NCBI GenBank assembly: GCA_051362555.1
Contig: CM120649.1
Coordinates: 1,860,001-1,924,000 of the forward strand
Length of the DNA stretch: 64,000 nt
From: Lingula anatina
Taxonomy: Eukaryota; Animalia; Brachiopoda
Reading direction: 5' to 3'
Position numbers and translations under genes: made by a program. A model generated the notes under the pieces. The model did no database searches. It was given only the letters and a program-made list of their open reading frames with translations, and was not told where the DNA came from. Below, one piece after another: positions 12,433 to 23,504 of the stretch (positions within the stretch are counted from its first letter, which is position 1; each line of letters begins with the position of its first letter).

Positions 12433-12555
12433 CAGAGAAACACCTCCAAGTCCCATACATTTCAGAAGGTTGTTCTACATTAGCCATCAGGCAGGTATTC
12501 TCACAGTCATCAGCGTCATTATGCAATCTCCAGGCATATTTCCAAGCACAGGTCA
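12433..12555 (-). CDS. Sib-like gene exon (VTCAWKYAWRLHNDADDCENTC...GTWRCFS)
   Basis: ttcaAG (weak AAG) / GTAGGT boundaries, 123 bp, phase 1-1. Confidence 0.8.
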
Positions 12556-13130
12556 CTTGAATAAAGGGAAGCAAACCAGAAAACTTATAAAGATATTAGT
12601 ATTCCAGTAGGCATAGTGACATTGGATCAATGTTGAAAACAGGTTGGGCCGTTGATCTACCTAAATTCAACGTCATATCAACGTTGATCCAACCAAACGC
12701 CGTCATGATGTGACGTTGACTCAACGTAGTTGTTTGGTCGTCGACATGGATCGTGATTTAAAATATTAATTATTAAAAACGTGATGATTTGTTTATATAA
12801 AGGTTGTTCTATGACACAATGTATTTAAATGATTTTACGGCAGCTGCAAGGTATACCGCGTATGTTCCCATGGGTAATAATTAGTTCTTGCCTATCAACA
12901 TCAATAACAGTACTCCATAATCCACCTATTGTTCATTAATTCCTGAAAAGATTAAACAGATATCAATACTGTAAAGAACTTTATCAATATATGAAAAACG
13001 GTGTTTTAAAGTAAAAGTGATAGTTGTTTTGTGTCTTTAGTGAAATAGTGAATTTTCGTTACTTGTTATTCAGAAATACATTGAAGACATTCCAATAAAC
13101 TCCCTCGCAAGGTCAGCTAACATAAAAATG

Positions 13131-13135
<5 letters not shown>

Positions 13136-13201
<66 letters not shown>
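13136..13201. repeat. (TA)n microsatellite
   Basis: ~33 perfect TA units. Confidence 0.95.
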
Positions 13202-13204
<3 letters not shown>

Positions 13205-13689
13205 CTTAACCGTGGAAACTTTTCAACGGTCTCTAAATAAAATTAATCAGTTTTTTATATTTTATTGGGGATATTTTTTTTCTTTTCATTTAAGTACATT
13301 TTTGTATATCTACCTCAGTAATGTCATATTATTTCCCTTTATCGTCCGAAAATTTCAGGGAAATATTCTATTTACTTTGAGTTACAGCCTGTTGACTGTC
13401 GATAGGTCTATCTGGCAATTTAGCCCACCTGGTCGTTGCACTGCGCAGAGAGATAGGGTGTTTTAATTACAAGCTGACACCTAAATTGCTCGAATAACTT
13501 AATTAACTAATCTATATATTCATGGAAAGCCGGTACTTTAACGCACCTTTCCAATACTGTCAAAGAAAGGTCTTAATTGTTTCCTTATGAATGATGCGGG
13601 GTGATATATACAGGTATATAAATATATATTAATTAAATTTCATATTCTGAAATAAAATGCATTTGCTCATTTAATTTCATAATGATTGT

Positions 13690-14493
13690 TTATGCTAGAA
13701 ATAACGAAAAACCATTTCACATTATTTGTTCTTATCCTCTGAAAATTCCAGCAATATATCTTAAATATTTTATGGGTTACAGTATTCAAGCATTCTCTGA
13801 AATCCGAACTATTTTCTGGTTCGTTATCTACTACCACCCTAAAGTTAGAAAGAAAGAATGAAAAATATCTAAACCGTGCGCGTGTAGATCTATTGTTCAA
13901 ATCCCAATTATATAACCACAACTGGGACTCGGTAAATTCTCCGAACTGCTCTTGTGGGAAACCTGAGACTATACGCCATTTTTTCTTCCAGTGCCCACGG
14001 AGGCAGTTGAAGTATCGTGATTTTCATTTGTCTATTCAGAATGTCCTGGGCGCTAACAATACAAATTTTAGAACGCAGCTTGATAAGATTTCTTTGTTTC
14101 TACACGGCCACAAAACTTTAACAACTGGACAGAATGATAAAATATTCGATATTGTCTCGACGTTTTTAATTGATAATGCTTAATGGCTTTTATAAGTTCA
14201 CCCTCCCGACCCTCCTTCTCTTGATCAACTAATATATCACTTCCCGCATATATCGCCCGTGCCTTTCCCTGTAGTGCCCTTCCCTGTTGCTCTCCTTTAC
14301 AACAATAAGTACTATTTAGTGTTATCATAACTATAATCATTACCTATATATAATCATATTTAAGTCATTTTGTTACTAGAATTACATTAACGCAAGCGAG
14401 CCCATAATGCTGTGGCGACGTGCCGCCTGCTCTAAATGTATTTTTTTTGTATATCTTGATTGTAGAAATAAATCTGTTTAAAAAAAAAAAAAA
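13690..14493 (+). mobile_element. 5'-truncated LINE: ORF2 C-terminal domain, 3'UTR and poly(A)
   Basis: ORF 13893-14183 has the CSCGKPETIRHFFFQC zinc-knuckle-like motif of non-LTR ORF2 C-termini; AATAAA at 14467 and A14 tail at 14480-14493. Confidence 0.8.
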
Positions 14494-14539
14494 GTATGTT
14501 TACAGTCGACGGGTCTAACAGCATGACAATTTAACTCTC

Positions 14540-14593
14540 CTGGGCCCGGTTTCATAGGATAGCGCTATCCAACCTTGATGAAATCGGGCCCAG
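14540..14593. mobile_element. 54-bp minimal MITE (TIRs only)
   Basis: ctgggcccggtttcat / atgaaatcgggcccag around the perfect palindrome ggatagcgctatcc. Confidence 0.65.
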
Positions 14594-14947
14594 GTGGTTC
14601 TGAGTGCATATAAGCAGCAGAAGGGTGTTGGTAAAAATAAACTAAAACGTGTACCAGGCGTAACTGGCTGCACCTTTTCTTGGTCAATAGCATCTGGGGA
14701 CAGACCAGGTTTTCCTCTAAACCTGATATTAGCATCCTTTCTGTTAGTGATATCCTCACTTCACGCTTCTTGTTCCTCAGCCTCTACAGGTGTGTCTACA
14801 TGTACCTCATCATCGTCATCATCATCATCATCGACAGCGGCGTCTATTTCAGGCTCTGCATCAGAGTCATCTCTCCGACATGCTGATCTAGCTAACGGTA
14901 TGTCTTCATCATATTCTTCATTTCTGAGTCACGAAACATTTGCAACT
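14594..14947 (-). mobile_element. piggyBac transposase N-terminal fragment (degenerate)
   Basis: Acidic tract (EEYDEDIPLA...DDDDDDDDE) then FRGKPGL...TPGTRFSLFL, resembling the F.G.PG...TP...F.LF motif of piggyBac-family proteins; contains stops. Confidence 0.55.
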
Positions 14948-15045
14948 TAGCTCGTCTGTTTAGTGGTTAGCGTGCAAGACCATAAGGTAAGTACATGTAT
15001 TTATGAATAGCACGGTTACCAATTGGGTTCGAGACCTACCTTTGA
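14948..15045 (+). mobile_element. tRNA-derived SINE head (degenerate)
   Basis: A-box-like gtttagtggttagcg and B-box gggttcgagacc; no cloverleaf. Confidence 0.5.
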
Positions 15046-15481
15046 TATAATCTTACCCCCCCCCCTTTCCACCCAGTAGCATTACTTGGGAGCCTTTGTC
15101 CTACGGACATTAAATCCTAGTAACGTTTGTCCCAGGACTTCCATTCCTAGCAATGCATGCCCTAGGACTTGCAATCCCAGGACCTCCAGTGCGCGGGCGG
15201 ACTTGCGTTACTAAGACGTGCATTCCTACCACACCTACATGAGAACCCCATTAGGAATGTGTAGGATAACCTCGGAAATGGGTAACTGAGGGATGACCCT
15301 GCGTACAAAAATGGTCTCTTAAGCTATCTTTGCATCGTATGTGGAATACCATCACTGCGCAAACGTAGGTCTAGCATTGTTTTCTGACTCCACACACAGA
15401 GGCCTGCCTATCGTATGTTCAGGCCAAAGTGTGTGTTATTAACAACTAATTTACCTCTGAAAACAAAAACGTCCAACTTAC

Positions 15482-15541
15482 CAACTGAAGCATTAGCCGG
15501 ATCGGGCCTACAGCTGATCGTAGCAAATTTGAAGCGATACC
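15482..15541 (-). CDS. Sib-like gene exon (GYRFKFATISCRPDPANASV)
   Basis: tttcAG/GTAAGT, 60 bp, phase 1-1; resembles the family's mature N-terminal HFxGGxIxWxP motif. Confidence 0.75.
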
Positions 15542-16402
15542 CTGAAATGGTATAGATAGTTTGTCCCATCATTAACCCAAGCGAAAGTTTAAGTAAAGTG
15601 CAAACGTTAGACTGATTGACAGCGTGCTATAAAATCTAATTTAATGTACAAATGTGGATAGTAAAATTAATTCCTCACCAGATCGAGGACCCAATATGTA
15701 TACATGTATGTCGTGTCGCTAATCTTAGATAAATGGTATCGACAGAGGTACAGCATATTTCTTTTGGGTTGTTGAATACTGAATGTCATATTTTTAAGTA
15801 GACCTAGGCCTGCAGAGCAAATAATTTCCCTATGTCATTCATTGTTTTGGGGGTAGTGTGAAGAGCGGGATTGATTTGCCAGTTCTCAAACAATAATTCC
15901 TCAACATATTTTAAATTAATTTTTGTGGTTGGTGAAGTACATACTTTCGGTAATTTATCACGGAGGAGACATAGATAACCTTTATTATATCTAAGTATTA
16001 TTTCCTTCGTTTGCTATGAATCATGGGTATACATACCGGTCACGGGACTGTCGAACAGAACCAATGCGATGATGTAGAATTGCAGTGACCACATCGTAGA
16101 TTAAATCGATTCTGCAACACATAAAAAAGAATAGAGTGGTAGTTATTCATAAATCTGGATTTACAGTTAGATTCACTCTTTAAAAAATCGACTAATGGGG
16201 ACTTGTTTTCAAATTTGGACGGGTATTGTTAAAAAAAACTATGATAGGTGAAGCTCTCTATATGCAATGCTATTTTTTCCTGGGCATATACCCTATAAAC
16301 ATCCGTCTTCAAAACATCTAAAATATCTAAAAGAAAGTGTCTGAGTTTGTTTAATACCAGCTCCTTTTTCAACCAACACGTGTTTTATTCACGCGTGTAT
16401 AT

Positions 16403-18004
16403 TGTAACGCGCGGGGTTGCCGCGTCGGCGCACGACCCTGGACGCGACGTGGGAATAAGATGTTTAATCAGGGAAAGTAAATCCCGGTCCTTTGGACGCC
16501 TATGGTAGATAGCGACGACATCTTACGCCTGGGGACGGCGCGACGACTTTTACGGAACGCAACGCGTCTTCTTTGGCGCATAGCGATGACATCTTGCACC
16601 TGGGGACGGCGCGACGAAATCTTTGGAACGTAACGCGTCTTCTACAGTGTGGAGCGACGACTTCTTGCGCCTGGGGGCGGCGCGACAACTTCTTTTACTC
16701 AACGGTAGCGTGGCCTCTTCATGGTGAGCGCCTGTTCAGTTTCTTATTCTTCCGCCTGTTATACGAAATGGCGGAGGAGCTCGGAACGCAACCACGGCCT
16801 CAGTCACGGGAACGGAACCTGAATGAGATACACAGGCTGTACCCTAGGCCTGTGAACCCTGAAGTGGACACGGCGACACTCTCCACCAGCAATAGCTCAC
16901 GGGTACGGTTCATGAACACACCAACTCAGTCCTAGCACATTTACCGCTCACGGGCAGCAGGATCGTAGGGGAACGCTGAGGCCTTCAATCCAATTTGTGG
17001 ACATCATGACGGCTGTAAACTCCGCGGACCTGGCACCTGTGACCGTTAGCTCTGAAAGAGCAAGGTTAATCTTCCGTTGCTCGTTCCCCGCATTATCTAC
17101 TCCCAGAGACCCGTCTGTCCCATGGGAAGTTCCTAGTCTCACCTTGGCGGGAGCGGAGGTTTCCAAAGGGAGCACCGTAATCGAGGGTTGGACGTCCTTC
17201 ACCATTACTGTCTCTCTTCGCTTTCCGGTAGCTGCATACGAAGGCCACACGCCCGGCGGACCGAACTGAAACAAAATAGGAACGAAACACTGCCCCGACA
17301 TTTACGGGGGAACTCTGCGCACTCGGGCTGCCATTTCCCTTCAGCTCCGAGCTGTCGACGGCGCCTTCTACATGACGTCTTGGACCCGGCCGGCCTTTCA
17401 CCCAATCGTCCATGCCGCAGCGGCTTCCTATGCCAGGAACACTAAGCATCTGCAACCAAGGGATCCCACAATCTGTCAGCCACCACTTGTCCTCCTGAAC
17501 GCGTAACTTTGAATGCAGTTACGGGATTGCGCTAAGAAACATGTTAGAAACTAACAGTACCTGTAGGCCGAGCAGACATGAAAGTCCACCGAAAATCAAC
17601 TAAAATAAAAGTCTAAACTTAACAAAAATTCTTCACAATTTTCCCCAAACACGGCTACCCGCGGTCTGTCTCACTCACTTTTTGACTGTTTCTCGCTCTA
17701 ATTTTTCACCACGATTTCCTCAGTACTTGAAAGACGCCGCCTCACGATCTTGTGCAGGGCGCGAGGTCACGACCTTCAGATGCACGTGGACACGGCTAAA
17801 AGACATTGTTAACTTTCTCCCGTACAAATGTATTTATTTATTATTATTATTATTATTTTTAATGAAATTATGGTATCTATTCGTCTTCGAGCGACCGTGG
17901 GATTTGCCGCACGCCCTGGATTGCGGCAGGACGAGAACCAGGATTAGAATCAGGAAACTTCAGGACAATATCAGCGGCTAATTAGTGGACCCCGGTTTGT
18001 TACA
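16403..18004 (+). mobile_element. Solo-LTR-like element (Gypsy-type termini) with internal repeats and a broken ORF
   Basis: TGTAAC...GTTACA termini; near-match 4-bp flanks ATAT/GTAT; GC-rich island; three ~70-bp tandem repeats at 16509-16700. Confidence 0.6.
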
Positions 18005-18364
18005 GTATGAATGCACACACTGTGACAGCAGCGTATATACATAGGTTGTGGCATTTCATTGACCTCATAATGTTTTCCAGAAACAGAAGATTGTTGAAAT
18101 GTATCCCAGTCGGGAATTGTTCATTTCCCTTGGAGTTAACACATGCGTTTTAGCAGCAGCAGCAGCAGGAAAAAGGTTTTTAAATGTTCACATGTACACA
18201 TAAAGCAAATGACAGACGTCGCTTACAGGGGTGGGGGGCTTACTGCAGCTTGCAATCATATCTTAAATGCCATTGACATCATTTACCAAATGAGCTGAAA
18301 CAATGCTCCAATAGAAAGGTTTTATTGTGTGTCCTGCTAATGTTCTGCTAGTAAGTGAACATAC

Positions 18365-18412
18365 CAAGACAACCAGGCAAAAATAGTCAAGTAAAAAAAA
18401 TTGACAGCTTAT
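18365..18412 (-). pseudogene. Disabled signal-peptide exon of the Sib-like gene
   Basis: at|aag ctg tca att ttt ttt act TGA cta ttt ttg cct ggt tgt ctt g|GTATGT = (M)KLSIFFT*LFLPGCLG; phase 1 matches exon 15541. Confidence 0.55.
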
Positions 18413-19236
18413 AATTTAGTTGCTTATTCACATAATGGCGCTCAGGTAAAGAAAACCAATGCAATATGGACGGATTTTATTTAACAGTATAGTAATGAAG
18501 AAGAAACGTGTTGCCTTTTAAATTAAATTTTGTAAAGTACTATATTTGGTGCGTGGGACACGGCAGAATTTTCGAGTAAAACAATTACATGATGTTACAG
18601 GGAGTCTGGTAGAACGCTTAGTCCTGCAGTTCAAGGTAACTAAGAGTCAGTCATGATATTTGAGTTACCTGCTGTTTTTCGAATTTAAAGCACCCGCATA
18701 ATATACCATTTAACCATAATGGATTTAAGAGCTGTGTGTTTCCATTAGGATGGAAAAGTTAATATTTCTAAAGTCAGACCCAGAAAAACAAAGTAAGCCC
18801 AGTAATACAAGTGTTTATATCTATGGGTCCGCTCACGGATGAAAGAACCCCGAAATCATTCTCTTTCTATTTTCTACAACAATACAGAAAACTGAGCAGA
18901 GTTAGGTATCTACCTGCTATTGTATGTAGCAAAATAAAAATCCAAACTTACCAAGATGAATCTTGCTCTACCTGGATAATTTGATTAACTGTGTATTCTT
19001 CTATAGATTGTCTTTACGCTATCTGTCTGCTTGGATGGCTAAGAGCCACACGGCAACTTGTGAATTAGTGAGCAGTAATAAAATATATGCATATATAAAA
19101 CGGTGATTGACGACCTGCTTATTGATCACGTGACACTGTCAAAGATACTTCTAGATTATTTTATTTGCTCCCGATGTTGTATACCCAAAGCTGTGTGCTG
19201 GGTAGTCATGATGGCTTCAGATAAATGTCATTAGGC

Positions 19237-19277
<41 letters not shown>

Positions 19278-19367
19278 TTTCCATTTTATTTTTAAATTTA
19301 ATGATATATTACCATATTTATTAACATTTATTACCATCTCTTCATTATTACCAGGGTGAAAGACATA

Positions 19368-20752
19368 CACACACTGGACAAAAGAAGTGTCACCCCTACT
19401 GAGCCAATACTATGGGGGAGATAAATGACTGTGGAATGATATGCTCCTAGTATCATTTTATTAACATCAAATTTCACAAAAAAATCACAAAATGAGAACA
19501 AAATATACATTCTACCAAAATATGCAGTTTCAAGTCCAAAATTAGTACTTAGTGGCATAGCCACATGACCTAATAATAGGTGCCAGTCTACGAAGCAAGG
19601 ATTCATATAATTGTCTGATGCGTTCAGGGCTTATGCTGGCCCAAGCATGAAACACTGAATATAACAGAGTTTCTCTGCTGGTTAGACGGGCATTTGTAAA
19701 AAGTTTTGACATATAAATCCACACATTTTCTATTATGTTTGCATCCGGACTCTGGGCAGGCCACATCACCCTGCGAATGTCCTGTTGGTCAAACCAATCA
19801 TCAACTGCTCTGGGCCTGTGACAAGGAGCATTGTCATCCTGGTGAACAGATGGATAATTCTTGTCACCAAACATGTTAGCAATATATGGTAGCAAGCCTG
19901 ACTCTAAAACATCGATATATTTCTAGCGATTCATGTTTCCATTAACCACTATCAATTCGCCCAAGCCATGGATGCTGATGCAGCCCCACACCATGATGAA
20001 TATGCTGCTCCGGGTTCGAAAATTCAGTGCATGTGGTGCAAATGCTTTACCAGCAGTTTGCCAGCATAGTACCTCTGTCATCGGAGGTCAGACCAAAGCG
20101 ACACTCATCAGAAAAACTATATAGGACCAATTGTCATGGACTGTCCAGTTCCAGATCCTGTTGACCCTAGTTTACTCTACGTTGCCTGTTTTGTAACGAT
20201 ATAAGAGGTTTCAGTCTTGCTACCCTGCTGTACACTCTCTGAGCATGTAACCGACGCCTAGCAATTTTCACAGGCACATTCTTATGTGTGAAATTGTTCC
20301 ACTGTGTTGTCAACTGACAAGCAGTGTCGAACTTTGACAACCTGGACATCAAAATCAGTCGTCGGTCCTTACGGCCAGTATTTTTTCTTGGACGACCCAT
20401 CAGAGGCAATTTGTCACTTGATCCAGTGTTTCTATGCCGAGACCAGACCCCCTGCACGGTTCTGACTGAACAATTCAATTGTATCGATATTCTGACATTG
20501 CTTATATTCCGCCTCTTCAGGTTAATAACTTGCACCTATAACCGTTAGATAATTGCCTGTATCTTGCCATATTGGAGTAAGACAGGAATAAAATTTGCTG
20601 TACATGTACAAGACCATCAATACAATTCCATGGTATAGCGGTTTTATACTCATTAGTCACATTATAAGTAGACCAGGCATTATAAGTACCCAAGATCTGC
20701 CTACTTTTATTACTCTGAGTAAGGGGGTGACACTTCTTTTGTCCAGTGTGTG
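19368..20752 (-). mobile_element. Full-length Tc1 (DD34E) transposon
   Basis: TIR cacacactggacaaaagaagtgtcacccc at both ends; TA TSD; transposase remnants inside. Confidence 0.95.
19542..20570 (-). pseudogene. Tc1 transposase (frameshifted, with stops)
   Basis: HTH/GRPRK region, FSDECRF, QDDNAPCH and WPAQSPDANIIENVW motifs split over several frames. Confidence 0.9.
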
Positions 20753-21491
20753 TATATAGTACATACATACAATCGCACAAATAATTCACATAATAAAATC
20801 ACGTAATAAAATCGTTAGAATATACATTATAAAATGATTCTAAAAAGATTAAATAAGATAATTAATTATATTTATGTAGGGAATGATTTTTTCTAGTAGT
20901 AGTAACAGTTTTATATACATATATATTTGGGGCATGGATCTGCACATTTCGACCATGAGGTAGCTGACCAAGACACGGCGATAACAGTTGTCCGGGGCGC
21001 TGAAATGTCTAAGCTGCTGTGCATCTAGGCATACACAAGTATTTGTTATGATCAGTGTGTTTGGTAGCTATTTATATCGAGCTATATCAGTGAGAAGCCA
21101 TCTATGCATCATTTTAGCTGCAGTAATACTTACCCGCATTGTTTTCTAATGCAACAAAAGCAAATACACTGGAAGATTACTTTGGCGTTTCATTTTCATT
21201 TGTACACCTCATTTTTAGTTTTTTCTAAACGAACAGTATATATGTCATCAAAGCTTGATGGCTCGGTGTGGTCCCATGTATATTGACGACCTCTATTTGA
21301 AATGCTTTTTAATATGAGATATAAGAAAAAAAGGCTGAGCAGAAGTACGCAAAAATGCCAGGTGGAATTCTGTGCGAAGTGAATTCCAAAGATATCAGTT
21401 ACCCTGGCTTAGTAACTGCTAAAATCAGAAGAATTGAAATATCTCAACTGCACGCGCAGCATTTTGTAACCCTTGAAATTTCTCATTGCAG

Positions 21492-21605
21492 GTCCGTGCC
21501 GCCATAATTACTGCTGGAATGGTGCAAAGCGTGCAGTTAATACTACAAATTTGCTTTCGTGGTGCATTTGTCCGGAGGGGTATCACGGACAATTTTGCGA
21601 TAAAG
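21492..21605 (+). CDS. EGF exon, array copy C (PCRHNYCWNGAKRAVNTTNLLSWCICPEGYHGQFCDK)
   Basis: ttgcAG/GTAGGC, 114 bp, phase 1-1; third Cys replaced by Arg (cgt). No signal exon found upstream, so it may be a pseudogene. Confidence 0.75.
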
Positions 21606-21988
21606 GTAGGCAGTACCCTTCTTATATTGCATTCAATGTGTAAGTTGTAGCAGCAAAAAAATACAAAGAGAATTAACCATCGCAAATATTGACACCAGAA
21701 CATATGCAATAGTAACTTCTATAGCCTGAGATCAAGCCATATGACACTAGATCTCTGTTTGTTGACTATAATACAACTAACATATTCAGGTGATTAGGTG
21801 GAATTTATAAAACACGCCCTATATGGCTGTAGATTTCTGTTTATTAACTATAATACAAGTAACTAATTCATGTGATTAGGTGAACTTATGAAAACATGTC
21901 CTATGGTAGCACCCGTTAAGGCGGTTTATAAAGGTCAAGTATTCTGTCACGGGCGAGTGCCAGCTTATATCTTTTTGTTTATTGACAG

Positions 21989-22129
21989 CAACGTGTGGGG
22001 AAAACGCCCAGTGCGTTTACATACCGCTAAACAAGCCATTGCCAGAGAACAATGACAGCTGCGATTCAGCATCTTACCAATATTGTGTTTGCGACGAGGG
22101 TTACCTTGGGGACGGATTGAGCTGCTCCA
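21989..22129 (+). CDS. EGF-like exon with loop insertion, copy C (TCGENAQCVYIPLNKPLPENNDSCDSASYQYCVCDEGYLGDGLSCS)
   Basis: gacAG/GTAAGT, 141 bp, phase 1-1, open frame. Confidence 0.8.
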
Positions 22130-22331
22130 GTAAGTTTTATAGTTTATTGGATTATTGAACAATTCCGAAATGTGAAATTTGACACGATGAAAGTACAGGA
22201 GTCCTTTCCACAGGCAGTTTCGGGGCTAAATTTATAGACCCCAGAGTTTTAGCCGATTTTAAAATTTTAACTATATGTGTGAAATGATAAAACATGTCTT
22301 ATGTTTAAATTCGCTTGACATCTATTTTCAG

Positions 22332-22400
22332 ACGAATGAGAGACTGACAGTTGCATTAATGATGGGCTTTGCCAAGATAATGCTGGCGATATACATTGTG
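22332..22400 (+). pseudogene. Decayed, truncated EGF exon paralogous to 27411-27527
   Basis: Upstream intron matches 27343-27410; reads E*ETDSCINDGLCQDNAG with TGA at 22337; 3' half lost. Confidence 0.75.
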
Positions 22401-22781
22401 TCTCTCGGTAATAACACGCAGCATTAACACATAGATCTAAGTTGTAAAGATTTACAGGTACAAAGCAAATTTAGCAGCGCAAAAATTGAAGCCAGATTAT
22501 ATGTAGCAAGTACAGTGATAGTACATTCTACAGACTGATATCAAATTATATGGCTCTGGAACTCTCTTTATAAACTACAGTGTATAATAGCATATTCAAA
22601 CGATTTTGGTATGAAAACACGTCCTATGGCTGTAGATCTCTGTTTACAATAATACATCTAACATATTCAGATGGAACTTATGAAAACACGTCATAAAATA
22701 ACACCCATTTAGGTGGTTTAAAATCTTCAGGTATTCAGTCGCGGGCGAGTGCCAACGTACATTTTTTTTATTTGTATTCAG

Positions 22782-22922
22782 CACAATGTGGAGAAAACGC
22801 CCACTGCGCTGACAAGTCACGTAGTTGTCCATTGCCTGAGAACAATGACAACTGCAATTCATTATATTACCAACATTGTATTTGCAACGAGGGTTACAGC
22901 TGGGATGGATTCAACTGCACCA
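22782..22922 (+). CDS. EGF-like exon with loop insertion, copy C (QCGENAHCADKSRSCPLPENNDNCNSLYYQHCICNEGYSWDGFNCT)
   Basis: ttcAG/GTAGGT, 141 bp, phase 1-1; tandem duplicate of 21989-22129 together with its upstream intron. Confidence 0.8.
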
Positions 22923-23212
22923 GTAGGTCCTAGGTCGCTCTCGGAACAGTGGGCTAACAAGTCCTCGGGTCAAATAAGGCTGACTCACTTGAATAATTCC
23001 CCCTAATCTATTCAGTGTCTATTATTGGATAAGACGGTCCAACCCCAAACTGTATTCAGAGCGAGAAGAAGACAGACATGGGCGAGTTAAAGAGTTTAAG
23101 CAAGATATAACGGCACTCTAGCCAGCTGTAATATATAATCTTTATGAGTATGAGGTTTTTAAATTTCCAGTTGTGTTTATTAAGCAATTTGACGTCAGGA
23201 AATGTCTACACC

Positions 23213-23298
23213 AATGAAATCTAATGAAAAATTTGAGTAAAGGGGTGTTGATAGTACATTGAGACATTTACTTAACACACACACACACACACATATAC

Positions 23299-23338
<40 letters not shown>

Positions 23339-23397
23339 AGTAATGTCTCAATGTGCTATTAACACCCCTTTACTCAAATTTTTCATTAGATTTCATT
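23213..23397. repeat. Near-perfect 185-bp palindrome with (CA)n/(TG)n centre
   Basis: aatgaaatctaatgaaaaatttgagtaaaggggtgtt... inverted as ...aacacccctttactcaaatttttcattagatttcatt. Confidence 0.9.
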
Positions 23398-23504
23398 CAT
23401 ATATATATTTCATTTTCTCATTTTTATTAAAATAATTTTATTAAAATACATTATAAACACTTAACAAATTTGCAAAAGTGCGTATCAGCTTGATAGCAGC
23501 TTGA

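Larger units (their letters stand above)
2654..18412 (-). pseudogene. Multi-exon gene for a secreted Sib/'integrin beta-like'-type protein (~377 aa); nine exons in frame, apparent signal exon disabled
   Basis: Exons 15482-15541, 12433-12555, 12164-12296, 6712-6852, 5050-5188, 3928-4083, 3357-3484, 3017-3172 and 2654-2702 have GT-AG boundaries, matching phases and no stop. Motifs: YSDCCW, RNDTGKPNASP, DVDGDIVRCRWA, ECGQIC, YPVAIMLEDF, PLSKVPLQ, ITWTPT, VCYQA. Exon 18365-18412 lacks ATG and has a TGA. Confidence 0.75.

Noticed and set aside
14948-15045. tRNA gene
   Set aside because: A and B boxes only, no cloverleaf; treated as a SINE head.
18952-19095. Minus-strand exon with GTAAGT donor as the signal-peptide exon
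   Set aside because: In-frame TAG six codons before the donor and no ATG; at most a 5'UTR exon.
1956-22339. TGA at Cys positions (1998, 22337) as selenocysteine
   Set aside because: The same exons have other lesions (TGA at 1956, Cys to Phe, truncation); TGY to TGA is a single substitution; no SECIS recognised.
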